DNA from: Nitrospirota bacterium
Lineage (GTDB): Bacteria > Nitrospirota > UBA9217
Length of the DNA stretch: 64,000 nucleotides
Assembly: GCA_963737155.1 (NCBI GenBank)
Contig: CAVTRN010000002.1
Location: forward strand, 1,536,001 to 1,600,000
Direction of reading: 5' to 3'
Shown: positions 38,390 to 51,700 of the stretch, in pieces
Layout of the letters: each line of letters opens with the position of its first letter
Numbering within the stretch: the stretch's first letter is position 1
The notes under the pieces: generated by a model
What the model was told of the DNA's origin: nothing
The model's database searches: none
The model's input: only the letters and a program-made list of their open reading frames with translations
Program-made: the position numbers and the translations under genes

Positions 38390-41300
38390 TTGAAGATAAG
38401 CAGCAACATCATTCTTGAAAAACTATCCCTTTTGTGGGCGAGGTTTCGCGGAAACAGCCGGACACAAAAAAGCGCTGACACCGAGCCACCGCTTCGATCA
38501 GAACTGTTCAGCAGCGATCAGATGGAACAGCATGGCAAGACCCTGGCGGGTTCGCATACGTTGGGTCCGGGACGTGCGCGCGATCGCCTTCTGACGCGGC
38601 TGGATGAGAATGAAGGCGTGCTGCTTGGGGTCCGCAACCTGCTGACGGAGGCTATTAAAGCTACCCGTCGTATTACGCCGGCCGGGGAATGGCTGCTTGA
38701 TAACTTCTATCTTATTGAAGAGCAGATTCGCACGGCCAGAAGACATTTGCCAAAGGGGTACAGCCGGGAACTTCCGCGACTGCTGAATGGCTCATCGGCT
38801 GGTCTTCCGCGCGTGTATGACATTGCGCTGGAGATTATCTCACATGGCGATGGGCGGGTAGATCCGAAGGGCCTCAGCAGTTTCGTGGCAGCCTACCAGA
38901 CAGTCACTACCCTGAAGCTAGGTGAATTATGGGCAATCCCCATCATGTTGCGCCTGGCACTGATTGAGAATCTCCGACGAGTTGCAGCCCGGATTGCCAC
39001 TGACAGGACAGACCGAAACCATGCCGATTATTGGGCGGACCAGATGACGGAGGTTGCCGGGAAGGACCCGAAAAGCCTCATTTTAGTGATCGCGGACATG
39101 GCGCGATCGGAACCACCCATGGTGAGTTCGTTTGTTGCGGAACTTACGCGCCGATTGCAGGGACAGGGCCCTGCTCTTGCAATGCCGCTTACCTGGATTG
39201 AGCAGCGGCTTTTCGAATATGGCCTGACGATCAAGCAGTTGGTGCAGTTGGAGAACCAGAAACAGGCCGCTGATCAGGTTTCGATGAGCAACAGCATTGG
39301 CAGCCTCCGTTTCCTGGACGCGATGGATTGGCGTGCGTTCGTGGAGACGATGAGCGTCGTCGAGCGGACACTGCGTGATGACACGGACGGAGTTTACGGG
39401 AATATGGATTTCACCACCCGTGACCGCTACCGCCACGTCGTGGAAAAGATAGCGAAGAGCAGCCGACTGTCCGAGAGCGAGGTGGCGCGCGAGGCGATTC
39501 AGCTTGCCCGTGTGAGCGCCGCCAGAAATGGCAGCGATGATCGCTCGGCGCATGTCGGCTTTTACCTGATAGACAAGGGACTGGCGCAGCTTGAGCAGCT
39601 TGCAGAAGTGCGCTTGTCTGTCTCTGAGGCCCTTCGAAAGTTGGGCTCACGGGTTCCTCTGCAGCTGTACATAGGCACGATCATGCTGATGACAGCGATC
39701 TTCACCGGGAGTTTACTGGCTAAGGCGCATGCCAATGGTTTATCTGGCTGGGCACTCGGACTGATCGGCACTCTCTCGCTTCTGTGCGCAAGTCAATTGG
39801 CAATAGCGCTGGTAAACTGGTTGGCGACATTACTCGCGACGCCGCACCCGCTGCCGCGAATGGACTTCTCCAAGGGAATTCCTCCGGAATTGCGAACTCT
39901 GGTAGTGGTCCCGACCATGCTTATAAGCACTCAGAATATAGAGGATCTGATCGAGGCGCTTGAAGTCCGGTTCCTTGCAAATCGGGACGACAGCCTGCAC
40001 TTCGCCCTGCTGACTGATTTTCGGGACGCGCGCGAGAAAATGCTACCGGAGGACGAACCGCTGTTGCGGCTGGCCCGGCAGCGGATCGAAGAGCTGAATG
40101 AAAAGTACAAGAGTTTAACAAACGACGCTTTCTTCCTTTTCCATCGTCCGCGCCGATTGAATTTGCAGGATAAGATTTGGATGGGGTACGAACGCAAGCG
40201 AGGGAAGCTTGCGGAATTAAATTCCCTTCTGCGCAGAGGGGCAAAGGGTGTCTCGAGGGAGCACTTTTCGCTCATTGTGGGTGAAACGGGCGTCTTATCG
40301 AACGTGAAGTATGTGATCACCCTTGACACGGATACTCAACTACCCCGCGAGTCGGCGTGGCAGTTTGTGGGAGCTATGGCGCACCCGCTGAATCGTGCGC
40401 AGTACGACAAAGACAAACAACGTGTGGTCGCCGGATACGGTATCCTCCAGCCACGCTTGGCCGTGAGCCTGCCGGGTACGAACCGGTCGCGGTATGCTCG
40501 AATGTGCGGGAGTGAGCCTGGCATCGACCCGTATACGCGCGTTGTCTCCGATGTCTATCAGGATCTGTTCCGTGAAGGCTCGTTCATCGGCAAGGGAATC
40601 TATGATGTTGATGCGTTCGAACAGGCGCTGGATGGGCGCTTCCCCGAGAACCGCATCCTCAGCCACGATCTTATCGAAGGGTGCTACGCGCGGGCAGGAC
40701 TGTTGAGCGATGTGCAATTATACGAAGAATACCCCTCTTGCTACAGCGCAGACGTAAGCCGCCGGCATCGCTGGATCCGCGGAGATTGGCAGCTTGTGCG
40801 ATGGCTGCTGCCGCGCGTGCCGGGCCTTGATGCGCGCTTTCAGAAAAATCCTCTCTCGTTCCTGTCCCAATGGAAGATCCTTGACAACCTCAGACGTAGT
40901 CTCGTGTCACCGGCGTTGACACTGCTGTTGCTGCTGGGCTGGATGGTCTTGTCATCGGTATGGATCTGGACCCTGTCGGTGATCGGCATCATCCTGGTTC
41001 CTTCTTTGATTGCCTCTGTCCTGGATGTGTTTCAGAAGCCGGGCGATGTGCTTCTCGGTCAGCACCTTGCTGTCTCGGCGCGTTCTATGCGCAGGCGTTT
41101 CGCTCAAGCCGCTTTTTCTCTCGTCTGCCTGCCTTATGAGGCGTTTTACAGTCTAGATGCGATTGTGCGCACCACGTGGCGGATGCTGGTAACGCACAGG
41201 CGACTGCTTGAATGGAATCCGTCGGGCGACCCTGGACGTAATAGCTGTATGGGTTTCGTTGCCGCTTGTCGGACCATGTGGATCGCCCCGGTCATCGCCA

Positions 41301-44300
41301 CTTCCACGGTGATCTACCTGGCGCTTTCGGGGTCGGCTGATATAGTAGTAGCCGGGCCTCTACTGGGTCTCTGGTTTATCTCCCCCGTTATCGCGTGGTG
41401 GATCAGCCAGCCACTCCCTCGAAGCGGAGCAAGGCTGTCTGCTGACCAGGCCCTTTTTCTCCGGAAACTTTCCCGAAAGACCTGGGCGTTTTTCGAGACC
41501 TTCGTCGGCCCGGAAGATCACTGGTTGCCGCCTGATAACTATCAGGAGCATCCCATTGCCGCGGTTGCACATCGCACGTCGCCGACCAACATGGGAATTT
41601 CGCTGCTCGCGAATTTATCCGCATATGATTTCGGATACATTTCAACCGGACAACTCATCGAGCGTACAACGAATGCTTTCCACACCATGGGGGCGTTGGA
41701 ACGACACCGAGGCCACTTCTTCAACTGGTACGATACGCAATCTCTGAAACCTTTGCTGCCCACCTACATTTCGGCGGTGGACAGTGGAAACCTTGCGGGT
41801 CATTTGCTGACATTGCGGCCGGGTCTGCTCGCACTTCCCGATCAAAAAATCCTGGGACCGAGATTGTTTGACGGCCTCAGCGATACCCTCATGATTCTCA
41901 TGGGGATTCTCTCGGATGCTGCAGAAGAAACCGCTCCGGGAGTATATGCTCCTACGGGGCTCGATCTCCTTCAGAAGGATCTGGAGTCCGCGTACAATTC
42001 CCCGCCAACTACGCTTATGGCAGTGCGGTTGTGTCTTGATCAACTAACAAACTCTGCCGAGGAGGTGGTCGCCAGTTTCAATACCCTTGATACCTATGGC
42101 GCTGGCCTTGATAATCAGGCTGCATGGTGGGCGCGTGCCTTTAGCCGGCAATGCCAGGCCGCCCTCGATGAGCTTTCCCTTTTCTTCCCTTCGACGGTTC
42201 TCGGTACTGACAAGATACCGACATTGCGCGAACTGGCAGGACTTGGCAACCAACGCGCCCTATCGATGATCCTGGCCATCGAACAACTTGCGTTGCAATC
42301 AGTTGAACTCAGCCGTATGGAATATGACTTCCTGTTTGACCAGGAGCGCCATCTATTGACCATCGGGTACAACGTGGAGGAACACCGGCGGGACGCGAGT
42401 TATTACGATTTACTTGCTTCGGAAGCAAGACTGTACAGTTTCGTGGCGATTGCGCAGGGACAACTGCCGCAAGAGAGCTGGTTCACCCTGGGGCGCCTGC
42501 TCACCACCGCCGGCGGAGAGCCGATCCTCCTTTCGTGGGGCGGATCGATGTTCGAGTACCTGATGCCGCTTCTGGTGATGCCGACGTATGAAAACACGCT
42601 GCTCGATCAGACCTATAGGGCGGTTGTGGCCACGCAGATAGAATACGGAAAGAAGCGCGGGGTACCGTGGGGCATTTCGGAATCGGGCTACAATTCGTTC
42701 GATGTCCGTCTTAACTACCAGTACCGGGCATTCGGCGTGCCCGGTCTGGGGCTCCGACGCGGCCTCGCCGGGGATCTGGTAATTGCGCCGTATGCTTCGG
42801 CGCTTGCGCTGATGGTGGCACCTGAGGAAGCGTGTCTCAACCTCGAGCGACTCTCCGCTGCAGGGTTTGAAGGAAAATACGGCTTCTATGAAGCGATCGA
42901 TTACACACCTTCGCGTCTCCCGCGTGGACAATCGAGCGCCGTGGTCCGGTCCTTCATGGCGCATCATCAGGGTATGAGCCTGCTCTCGCTGGCCTATCTG
43001 CTTCTGGACCGTCCGATGCAGAAGCGATTCGAGGCGGAGCCGGTGTTCCAGGCAACCATGCTGCTGCTCCAGGAGCGGGTGCCGAAGGCCACGGCGTTTT
43101 ATTCACACATTGCCGAGCTCTCCGACGTACAGGGGGCTTCGAGCGTCACGGAGACGCCGATGCGCGTTTTCAGCAGCCCGGATACGCCGATACCTGAAGT
43201 GCAGTTGTTGTCCAACGGAAGATACCACGTGATGATCACGAATGCGGGGGGCGGCTACAGTCGCTGGAAGGACATCGCCGTGACACGCTGGCGCGAAGAC
43301 AGCACCCGCGACAACTGGGGGACGTTCTGTTATCTCCGCGAAGTGGCGAGCGGAGAGTTCTGGTCAACCGCATATCAGCCGACGCTCAAAAGACCTGCCA
43401 ATCAATCGAATAACTACGAAGTGACTTTCTCGGAGGCGAAAGCGGAGTTTCGCTGCCGGAACCACGACTTTGACGCACATACCGAAATCGCTGTATCACC
43501 CGAGGATGATATTGAACTGCGCCGGATCACCATCACGAATCGCGCCCGGATACGCAGGACGATTGATGTCACGAGTTACGCGGAAGTGGTTCTCGCACCG
43601 CCTGCCTCTGATGCGCTGCATCCGGCGTTCAGCAATCTCTTTGTTCAGACCGAGATCGTCCGCCAGCAGCGAGCGATCCTTTGTAATCGCCGACCCCGCT
43701 CTCAGGGCGAGCAGCAACCGTGGCTATTCCATCTCATGGCCGTGCATGGGGTGGAGATTGGAGAAGTCTCCTATGAGACGGACCGCATGCAGTTCATCGG
43801 CCGTGGAAATACGACCGTTGATCCACAAGCGATGAGGGGGGTAGCTGGTTTTTTTACGGGGGCGCTCTCGGATAGCCAGGGCTCAGTGCTCGATCCGATT
43901 GTTTCTGTACGATATAGGATAACTCTCGACCCGGAAGAATCGGCAACGATCAATATTGTCACCGGCATCGGCGAAACCCGCGACGTGTGCTTGGGCCTTG
44001 TGGAGAAATACCAGGACCGGCATATCGCGGATCGTGTCTTTGAGTTGGCGTGGACACATAGCCAGGTGCTCCTGCGGCAGCTCAATGCCACAGAGGCCGA
44101 CGCACAACTCTATGGACAACTTGCCGGCTCGGTGATCTACGCCAATTCTTCACTGCGCGCCGGGCCAGGCGTCATCATCAACAACCGCCGGGGGCAATCC
44201 GGTCTCTGGGGCTACTCCATTTCAGGCGATTTGCCGATTGTGCTGCTGCAGATTGAAGATCCGGCCAATATCGACCTGGTGCGCCAACTCGTACAGGCCT

Positions 44301-47101
44301 ACGCATACTGGCGTCTAAAAGGATTGGCGGTGGACCTGGTGATCTGGAATGAAGATCACGCCGGTTACCGGCAACTTCTGCAAGATCAGATCATGGGGCT
44401 CATTGCTTTAGGCGTCGAAACCAACGTGACCGATCAACCAGGCCGTATTTTTGTAAGACCTGCGGACCAGATTTCGAACGAGGACCGCATCCTGCTCCAA
44501 ACCGTTGCTCGCGCCATCATCACCGACAGCCGGGGAACGCTGGCGGAGCAGATCATTCGTCATAATCCCGGGAAAGTATCTGTACCGCTCCTTACCTTGA
44601 CCCGAACCCACCTTTCCGAACCCCCTGCAATTGCCGCCATGCCTCGCCTTGATCTGACGTACTACAACGGGCTAGGCGGATTCACCGCGGATAGGCGCGA
44701 GTACGTCGTTACGACCGCGCACGGGCAGGTGACGCCGGCGCCATGGGTGAATGTGCTGGCAAACCCGCATTTCGGGACCGTCATTTCAGAGAGTGGACCT
44801 ACCTATACCTGGAGCGAGAATGCCCATGAGTTCCGCCTCACTCCCTGGGAGAACGATCCTGTTTGCGATTCGAGCGGAGAGGCTTTTTATATCCGTGATG
44901 AAGAGCGCGGCCACTTCTGGTCCCCCACGCCGCTGCCCAGCCGCGGGGCGACGCCTTACATCACCCGGCACGGCTTCGGTTACAGCGTCTTTGAGCACAC
45001 GGAGCGCGGCATCCGCTCAGAGATGTGGGTTTACGTGGCCGTGGATGCACCGATCAAGTTCACGGTGCTGAAAGTGCGAAACGAGTCTGGGAGACCGCGC
45101 CGGCTCTCCGCCACCGGATACGCGGAATGGGTGCTGGGAGACCTGCGGCCAAAAACGACAATGCATGTAATCACCGAACTTGATCCCAACAGCGGTGCAA
45201 TCTTTGCGCGAAACTCCTACAACACGGAGTTCGTTGACCGAGTTGCCTTCTTCGATGTGGACGATGCGCCCCGAAGTGTGAGCGGTGACAGGACTGAGTT
45301 CCTCGGGCGCAATGGCACGCTCCGGAATCCCGTGGCGCTGACCCGGTTGCGCCTCTCCGGCGGGGTAGGGACCGCTTTGGATCCCTGCGCCGCTATCCAG
45401 GTCCCCTTCGAGCTGGCCGATGGGCAAGAGCGCGAGATCATCTTCAGGCTCGGCGCAGGGCGGGATGTTAATGACGCCGGCAAATTGGTGCGTCGTTTTC
45501 GAGGAGCAGTTGCAGCGCGCGACGCGCTCGAAGCGGTGTGGCAGTACTGGAATAACACGCTTGGCGCGGTGCAAGTGGAAACACCCGACCCGTCCGTCAA
45601 TATCCTGGCCAATGGCTGGCTCTTGTACCAAACTCTCGCGTGCCGTCTTTGGGCCCGCAGCGGATACTACCAGTCGGGCGGCGCCTTTGGTTTCCGCGAC
45701 CAGTTGCAGGACGTGATGGCACTCATCCACGCAGAACCGGGCCTCGTGCGCGAACATCTCCTCCTGTGCGCGGCCCATCAGTTCAAGGAGGGTGATGTCC
45801 AGCATTGGTGGCATCCTCCGTCAGGCCGGGGCGTGCGTACACACTGTTCGGACGATTTCCTCTGGTTGCCGCTTGCTGCCTCCCGCTACGTTCTGAACAC
45901 CGGAGACACCGGGGTATTGGATGAGTACGTTCACTTCATCGAGGGCCGCCCCGTAAACACGGACGAGGACTCGTATTACGATCTTCCCCACACGTCTGAA
46001 GAAACAGCTAGTCTGTATGATCACTGTGTGCGGGCCATTCTGAAGGGCCTCAGCCGAGGCGAGCACGGCTTGCCGCTCATCGGCTCGGGTGACTGGAACG
46101 ACGGCATGAACCTGGTGGGCCAGCACGGCAAAGGTGAAAGCGTCTGGCTCGGATTTTTTCTTTATGAGGTGCTTGTGCGATTTTCAGAGATCGCGCGCCT
46201 GCATAGCGATCCGTCATTCGCCGACCGCTGCCGGGAGGAAGCCGATCATTTGCGCATGAAAATCGAGGAGCATGGCTGGGACGGCGAGTGGTACCGGCGC
46301 GCATATTTTGACGACGGTTCTCCGCTGGGTTCGGCAAGTAATCCCGAATGCCGTATTGATTCCATATCGCAAAGCTGGTCTGTTCTCTCCGGCGCCGGGG
46401 ATGCGGAACGCTCCCGCATGGCAATGGAAGCTGTGGATAAACTTCTTGTTCGACGGGACCGCAACTTGATCCAGCTTCTGGATCCGCCGTTCGACAAATC
46501 GGATTTGAATCCAGGCTATATCAAAGGCTACGTTCCCGGTGTAAGAGAGAACGGCGGGCAGTATACGCATGCCGCAGTCTGGACCGCGATGGCTTTTGCA
46601 GCTTTGGGCGACTGCAGATGCGCATGGGACCTTCTGACAATGATCAACCCGATAAACCATGCGAGATCGCCCGAAGAAATCGCGATCTACAAGGGAGAAC
46701 CATACGTAGCCGCCGCCGACGTCTATGCGGTTTCTCCGCACATCGGGCAAGGCGGATGGACCTGGTACACGGGGTCGGCCGGGTGGATGTACCGGCTTAT
46801 TTTGGAATCACTTCTGGGGCTGCGGCTCGAAACGGACAAGCTGCGCTTTGAGCCGTGCTTGCCAGCGGAGTGGAATTCGTTTACAATACACTATAGGTAC
46901 CGGGAAACCATCTACCATGTCACCGTCCTGCAAACGCACGACAACAGCGCGTCCAGTGTGATTGTCGATGGCGCCCTGCAGAGCGACAAGATTATTTCCC
47001 TTGTTGACGACCGTAGGGAACACACGGTCGAGGTGAGAATGCCTGGCCCGGATAAAACGAAGAAAAATACTGTGATAATAAAAGAGGGCACTATACTATG
47101 A
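38390..47101 (+). CDS. cyclic beta-1,2-glucan synthase (Cgs/ChvB/NdvB type; GT84 + GH94)
   Basis: [81 protein letters not shown]. Start codon uncertain. Confidence 0.95.
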   Translation: MKISSNIILEKLSLLWARFRGNSRTQKSADTEPPLRSELFSSDQMEQHGKTLAGSHTLGPGRARDRLLTRLDENEGVLLGVRNLLTEAIKATRRITPAGEWLLDNFYLIEEQIRTARRHLPKGYSRELPRLLNGSSAGLPRVYDIALEIISHGDGRVDPKGLSSFVAAYQTVTTLKLGELWAIPIMLRLALIENLRRVAARIATDRTDRNHADYWADQMTEVAGKDPKSLILVIADMARSEPPMVSSFVAELTRRLQGQGPALAMPLTWIEQRLFEYGLTIKQLVQLENQKQAADQVSMSNSIGSLRFLDAMDWRAFVETMSVVERTLRDDTDGVYGNMDFTTRDRYRHVVEKIAKSSRLSESEVAREAIQLARVSAARNGSDDRSAHVGFYLIDKGLAQLEQLAEVRLSVSEALRKLGSRVPLQLYIGTIMLMTAIFTGSLLAKAHANGLSGWALGLIGTLSLLCASQLAIALVNWLATLLATPHPLPRMDFSKGIPPELRTLVVVPTMLISTQNIEDLIEALEVRFLANRDDSLHFALLTDFRDAREKMLPEDEPLLRLARQRIEELNEKYKSLTNDAFFLFHRPRRLNLQDKIWMGYERKRGKLAELNSLLRRGAKGVSREHFSLIVGETGVLSNVKYVITLDTDTQLPRESAWQFVGAMAHPLNRAQYDKDKQRVVAGYGILQPRLAVSLPGTNRSRYARMCGSEPGIDPYTRVVSDVYQDLFREGSFIGKGIYDVDAFEQALDGRFPENRILSHDLIEGCYARAGLLSDVQLYEEYPSCYSADVSRRHRWIRGDWQLVRWLLPRVPGLDARFQKNPLSFLSQWKILDNLRRSLVSPALTLLLLLGWMVLSSVWIWTLSVIGIILVPSLIASVLDVFQKPGDVLLGQHLAVSARSMRRRFAQAAFSLVCLPYEAFYSLDAIVRTTWRMLVTHRRLLEWNPSGDPGRNSCMGFVAACRTMWIAPVIATSTVIYLALSGSADIVVAGPLLGLWFISPVIAWWISQPLPRSGARLSADQALFLRKLSRKTWAFFETFVGPEDHWLPPDNYQEHPIAAVAHRTSPTNMGISLLANLSAYDFGYISTGQLIERTTNAFHTMGALERHRGHFFNWYDTQSLKPLLPTYISAVDSGNLAGHLLTLRPGLLALPDQKILGPRLFDGLSDTLMILMGILSDAAEETAPGVYAPTGLDLLQKDLESAYNSPPTTLMAVRLCLDQLTNSAEEVVASFNTLDTYGAGLDNQAAWWARAFSRQCQAALDELSLFFPSTVLGTDKIPTLRELAGLGNQRALSMILAIEQLALQSVELSRMEYDFLFDQERHLLTIGYNVEEHRRDASYYDLLASEARLYSFVAIAQGQLPQESWFTLGRLLTTAGGEPILLSWGGSMFEYLMPLLVMPTYENTLLDQTYRAVVATQIEYGKKRGVPWGISESGYNSFDVRLNYQYRAFGVPGLGLRRGLAGDLVIAPYASALALMVAPEEACLNLERLSAAGFEGKYGFYEAIDYTPSRLPRGQSSAVVRSFMAHHQGMSLLSLAYLLLDRPMQKRFEAEPVFQATMLLLQERVPKATAFYSHIAELSDVQGASSVTETPMRVFSSPDTPIPEVQLLSNGRYHVMITNAGGGYSRWKDIAVTRWREDSTRDNWGTFCYLREVASGEFWSTAYQPTLKRPANQSNNYEVTFSEAKAEFRCRNHDFDAHTEIAVSPEDDIELRRITITNRARIRRTIDVTSYAEVVLAPPASDALHPAFSNLFVQTEIVRQQRAILCNRRPRSQGEQQPWLFHLMAVHGVEIGEVSYETDRMQFIGRGNTTVDPQAMRGVAGFFTGALSDSQGSVLDPIVSVRYRITLDPEESATINIVTGIGETRDVCLGLVEKYQDRHIADRVFELAWTHSQVLLRQLNATEADAQLYGQLAGSVIYANSSLRAGPGVIINNRRGQSGLWGYSISGDLPIVLLQIEDPANIDLVRQLVQAYAYWRLKGLAVDLVIWNEDHAGYRQLLQDQIMGLIALGVETNVTDQPGRIFVRPADQISNEDRILLQTVARAIITDSRGTLAEQIIRHNPGKVSVPLLTLTRTHLSEPPAIAAMPRLDLTYYNGLGGFTADRREYVVTTAHGQVTPAPWVNVLANPHFGTVISESGPTYTWSENAHEFRLTPWENDPVCDSSGEAFYIRDEERGHFWSPTPLPSRGATPYITRHGFGYSVFEHTERGIRSEMWVYVAVDAPIKFTVLKVRNESGRPRRLSATGYAEWVLGDLRPKTTMHVITELDPNSGAIFARNSYNTEFVDRVAFFDVDDAPRSVSGDRTEFLGRNGTLRNPVALTRLRLSGGVGTALDPCAAIQVPFELADGQEREIIFRLGAGRDVNDAGKLVRRFRGAVAARDALEAVWQYWNNTLGAVQVETPDPSVNILANGWLLYQTLACRLWARSGYYQSGGAFGFRDQLQDVMALIHAEPGLVREHLLLCAAHQFKEGDVQHWWHPPSGRGVRTHCSDDFLWLPLAASRYVLNTGDTGVLDEYVHFIEGRPVNTDEDSYYDLPHTSEETASLYDHCVRAILKGLSRGEHGLPLIGSGDWNDGMNLVGQHGKGESVWLGFFLYEVLVRFSEIARLHSDPSFADRCREEADHLRMKIEEHGWDGEWYRRAYFDDGSPLGSASNPECRIDSISQSWSVLSGAGDAERSRMAMEAVDKLLVRRDRNLIQLLDPPFDKSDLNPGYIKGYVPGVRENGGQYTHAAVWTAMAFAALGDCRCAWDLLTMINPINHARSPEEIAIYKGEPYVAAADVYAVSPHIGQGGWTWYTGSAGWMYRLILESLLGLRLETDKLRFEPCLPAEWNSFTIHYRYRETIYHVTVLQTHDNSASSVIVDGALQSDKIISLVDDRREHTVEVRMPGPDKTKKNTVIIKEGTIL

Positions 47102-47970
47102 GACCTGTTCCAACAATTAAGAAAGCGATAGTTGCTGTAGCCGGCGCCGGGACAAGATTCCTTCCGGCAACAAAGACCATGCCCAAAGAGATGTTGCCGA
47201 TTGTGGATAAGCCGATTATTCAGCTCGTCGTAGAGGAGTTGGTGGAGGCCGGGATACATGATATAATTTTAGTCACAAAATGGGATAAGAAAACCTTGGA
47301 AGACCACTTCGATCATAACTGGGCACTAGCAAATGAATTAAGGGAAGCGGGAAAGTTGCAACAGCTCGAGGAGGTTAGACGAATTTCCGAGATGGCTAAT
47401 TTCGTCTATATCAGACAAAAGGGGCCTTATGGCAACGGGACTCCGGTACTGTCTGCCGCGAGTCTGGTGTACAACGAACCGTTTATATATGTTTGGGGTG
47501 ATGATCTTGTACGCTCGAAGATATCCTTTACCAAGCAGATGATAGAGGATTATCAGCGGCATGGCCACCTGATGATCGGGGTGCAGAAAGTCGAAAGAGA
47601 TATGGTGAACCGCTACGGGATTGTAAAGCTGCGTCCTAACTCTTCGGAAATCGAAAATATTATAGAAAAACCGTCCATCGATGAGGCACCCTCTCAATTG
47701 GCTGATTTCGGGCGGATGATTTTGAATCAGGATATTGTCGATATCCTAAGAGAGATTCCGCTCGGCAAAGATAATGAGCTTTGGATCGTCGATGCAATAC
47801 GTCGATACGTGGAACGCGGGGGGATCTTCCTGGCCAAAGAGGTAGATAATGGACAATGGCTGACTACCGGAGATCCATTGAATTACCTGAAGGCGGTCAT
47901 AATATACGCGCTAGACAGGGAGGATATCGGGAGCGACCTGAAGGAATTCCTGAAAAATACGGCATGCTGA
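47098..47970 (+). CDS. galU: UTP--glucose-1-phosphate uridylyltransferase
   Basis: [33 protein letters not shown] overlap with the glucan synthase. Confidence 0.9.
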   Translation: MRPVPTIKKAIVAVAGAGTRFLPATKTMPKEMLPIVDKPIIQLVVEELVEAGIHDIILVTKWDKKTLEDHFDHNWALANELREAGKLQQLEEVRRISEMANFVYIRQKGPYGNGTPVLSAASLVYNEPFIYVWGDDLVRSKISFTKQMIEDYQRHGHLMIGVQKVERDMVNRYGIVKLRPNSSEIENIIEKPSIDEAPSQLADFGRMILNQDIVDILREIPLGKDNELWIVDAIRRYVERGGIFLAKEVDNGQWLTTGDPLNYLKAVIIYALDREDIGSDLKEFLKNTAC

Positions 47971-48199
47971 AATCATTGGAAAGGCTACCTCGCTCTTTCC
48001 TTGCGGATCACTTAATCTCAAACTAGCTACAGCGTTTCCTCACCATGTCGATCGCGTCGAGATTATGGCTGGCAACACCAGAGGAAGCACACAAAGGGAG
48101 ATAAAGGCGGCAAAAAGGACAAAGACAAAAACTAGATACAGAAGATGGGCATACAGTCATATGATTTAAAAGAGAAGAAAGCCAAACAACCCGAAAGTG

Positions 48200-48647
48200 C
48201 ATAATACGTCAGGTTGGGGAAGAGCATCGGAAACTGGGAATACTTCTTGCCCTTCGGTATATATCTTCCGATTCGCCGGTGGGCCAATTCATGGCGATGC
48301 AAAATGCGACCAATGGCACGAATGCAGGGCAGCGGCTGAATGTTCATGTCCTACATCTCCCATTGGATGGCTTGACTTCCGCAGAAGAGCCCCTTGTTGT
48401 ACAGGTTCAATCGTACCAACAGCGACGAGATTTGCCAAGTGATAAACAAATGCTCTCCGGGTCTTCTCCGGCAAGATGCCTTTGGACTGCTGATGCTCGT
48501 ACCTGCTGAAGCTTCTGTTTTATGAACACCTCCTAAAAATTGGATGGTGTTCATGATAGTACACTGTATGGCTACTCGATTGTCAAAGAGCGTTTGTGAA
48601 CGATATCGTGGCACAAAAAATTGTGCACGATGTCCTGGCATTTAACA
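48200..48647 (-). mobile_element. IS481-like element remnant (left end plus degenerate transposase 5')
   Basis: End TGTTAAATGCCAGGACATCGT. Fragments RASAVQRHLAGEDPESICLSLG and ILHRHELAHRRIGRYIPKGKKY. Confidence 0.6.
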
Positions 48648-48712
48648 ATGAAGATTTGAGAAATTGAATCTTCAACTATTTAACGAATGATACATGATAG
48701 CGGGAAGAACAC

Positions 48713-51700
48713 GTGGCTAAAAAAAATTCACCAGATGGACGTTCATCAAGGGCTGCCAAAAAAGGTTTAAAGGTCAAAAAGAGCCCATTGCCTGCAAAAC
48801 CAGTAAGAGCCAGGCCATCAGGATCTTCTTCCAAACTCACACCCAGCTTGGCAATCGAGAGTCAGCATGCTGAACAAGACCGCTCGAAGGAAAAGTCCTT
48901 TCCCCTTGTCGGGATCGGCGCCTCTGCGGGAGGGCTGGAAGCATTTACGAAGCTTCTTAAAACTCTTCCGCCTGATACAGGCATGGCTTTTGTGCTCGTT
49001 CAACACCTGGCCCCCACAAAAGACAGTATTTTGACCGAGCTCCTTTCAAAAGCCACTTCCATGTCAGTTCTTGAGGTGCAGGACGGCATGTTGGTGGAAC
49101 CCGACCATGTCTATGTTATTCCGCCAAATAAGCTCATGGCTGTTTACCACGGCAAACTCCTGCTTCAGCCGCGTGCCGAACCTCATACCCAGCATATGCC
49201 TGTTGATTCTTTTTTCCGTTCCCTTGCCGAAGACCAGGCGCAGAATGCCGTTGGCATCATCCTTTCCGGGACCGGCTCCGATGGTTCTCTGGGGATCCGG
49301 GCCATAAAAGCTGAAGGCGGGATCGTTTTTGCCCAGGACGAAAAATCGGCAAAATACGATGGTATGCCCAAAAGCGCCGTTGCGACCGGCTCCGTTGATT
49401 ATATCCTGCCTCCTGAAGAGATAGCTGCTGAGCTGGCGAGGATCAGCCGCCGTCTCTTCGTGATTCTTCACGCCTCCCTGAAGACAGGACCGCTGGTTCC
49501 GGCGGATGATCTGAATAGAATATTCATGCTGATCAGGACGGCTACGGGCGTTGATTTTACCTATTACAAGCAGGCAACCATAGTGCGCAGGATTCATCGG
49601 CGCATGCTCCTGCACAAGATGGATGCTTTGGAACAATACGTCCGCTATTTGCAGGAGACCCCCCCGGAAGTCGGCATTCTGTACCAGGACATCCTCATCA
49701 ACGTCACTTCCTTTTTCAGGGAACCGGAGACTTTCAATACATTGAAGAATGTGGTGTTCCCACGCATTCTGGAAAACAGATCGTCCGATACGCCCCTGCG
49801 AATATGGATCCCCGGATGCTCTACAGGAGAGGAGGCGTACTCTTTTGCAATGTGTTTCTCGGAATTCTGCGACGAACGGGGAGTTTCCTACCCGGTCCAA
49901 TTCTTTGCATCCGACATCGACGAGACGGCGATTGAAAAAGCCCGCCAGGGTCTTTATCCGGACAATATCGTGCAGGATGTATCTCCTGAACGGCTCAGTC
50001 GTTACTTTACCAGGACGGAACACGGATATCAGATCAACAAGGCTATCCGGGAGCAATGCGTATTCGCCAGACAGAACCTTATCAAGGACCCGCCGTTCTC
50101 CAAGATGGACCTGATAAGCTGCAGGAACCTGATGATCTATTTCGGCTCAATGCTGCAGAAAAAAGTGCTCCCGATCCTGCACTATGCCCTCAATCCTTCG
50201 GGTTATCTCATGCTTGGGAAGTCTGAGTCCATCGGCGAGTTTGCGAATCTTTTTTCTTTGGTCGACAAAAACGGCAGGATCTATTCCAAAAAGACATCAT
50301 CGTCGGAACTGCGCTTCGACGGGGAGCGGGTTCATGTGAGAGAAATTGCCTACAAGAAGGAAAAAAAGGTGGAAGAGCATGCCACAGGCGGGACTGACAT
50401 CCAGAAGGAAGCCGACAGCATCATTCTGGACAGATACAGTCCCGCGGGACTGGTCATTAATGAGGAGATGGATATTATTCAATTCCGCGGGAATGTCAGC
50501 CCCTATCTGAAACCCCAGCCCGGCAAGGCAAGCCTCAATCTCATGAAGATGGCGGGTGAAAGCCTCGCCTTGGAGCTGCGAGTTCTGATCCGCCAAGTCC
50601 ACGGAAAAGACGTTGCCGTCAGAAAAGATGGAATAAAGGTCAGGCATAACAATATCGTTACCACGATGAATATCGAAGTGATTGCGTTTAAGCCCCGGGG
50701 CTCTCAGGAGCGTCTATTTCTTGTCATATTTGAGGATACTGCAACGCCGACAGTGCGGGACTCGAAAACGCGGGGGAAAGCACCGGTAAAGACGAAAGGC
50801 CGGCCTGAGGAGGACCAGGTTGCGGTTGCGGAGCGCGAGCTTGCTGCCACACAACAGCATCTGAAGTCGATCATTACGGAACATGAGGCATCTACCGAGG
50901 AACTCAAAGCGCTCAATGAAGAAGTGCAGTCCAGCAACGAGGAGCTGCAGAGCATCAACGAGGAGCTTGAAACGTCCAAGGAAGAGCTTCAATCCACGAA
51001 CGAAGAGCTGAGCACCGTGAATGATGAACTGCGCAGCCGCAACGAAGAAATAATGCAGAGCAACAGCGACATACTTAATGTTTTAAGCGGTATCGATATC
51101 CCGATTTTGTTAGTCGGAAATAAAATGCAGATCAGGCGTTTCAATCCTGCAGCAGCCAAGGCGCTCAACCTTATTGCCAGCGATATCGGGCGGCCAATAT
51201 TCGATATCAGGACTAATATCAACGTTCCGGACCTCGAAACGTTGATTCATGATGTGATCGACTCCCTGACGATCAGGGAAAAGGAGGTCCAGGACACGCA
51301 GGGCCGTTGGTACTCCATGACGATACGGCCGTACAAGACCGTTGACAACAGAATCGACGGCGCACTCGTGACCTTCGAAGACATCAACGACCTGAAACAG
51401 GGCATGCTGCGCATCAAAGATGCCCGCGATTACGCCGAGGCGATCGTCGAGACCGTACGCGAACCTCTTATCATACTGAGCAAAGACATGCGGGTGATTA
51501 CCGCAAACCGAGCGTATTATAGGAACTTCGAAGTAACGCCGGATGCTACAGAGAACAAGTCCTTCTACGACCTGCAAAACGGCGTCTGGAATATTCCGAG
51601 GCTTCGGGAACTGCTTGATGATATTCTTGTGCAGAATACCGTCTTTAATGATTTTGAGGTCGCATACGAGGCCGCAGGCGTCGTTACCAGGTTCCTGCTT

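Noticed and set aside
50900-51050. Short tandem DNA repeats (AACGAGGAGCT)
   Set aside because: Explained by the EELQSxNEEL coiled coil typical of CheR fusions
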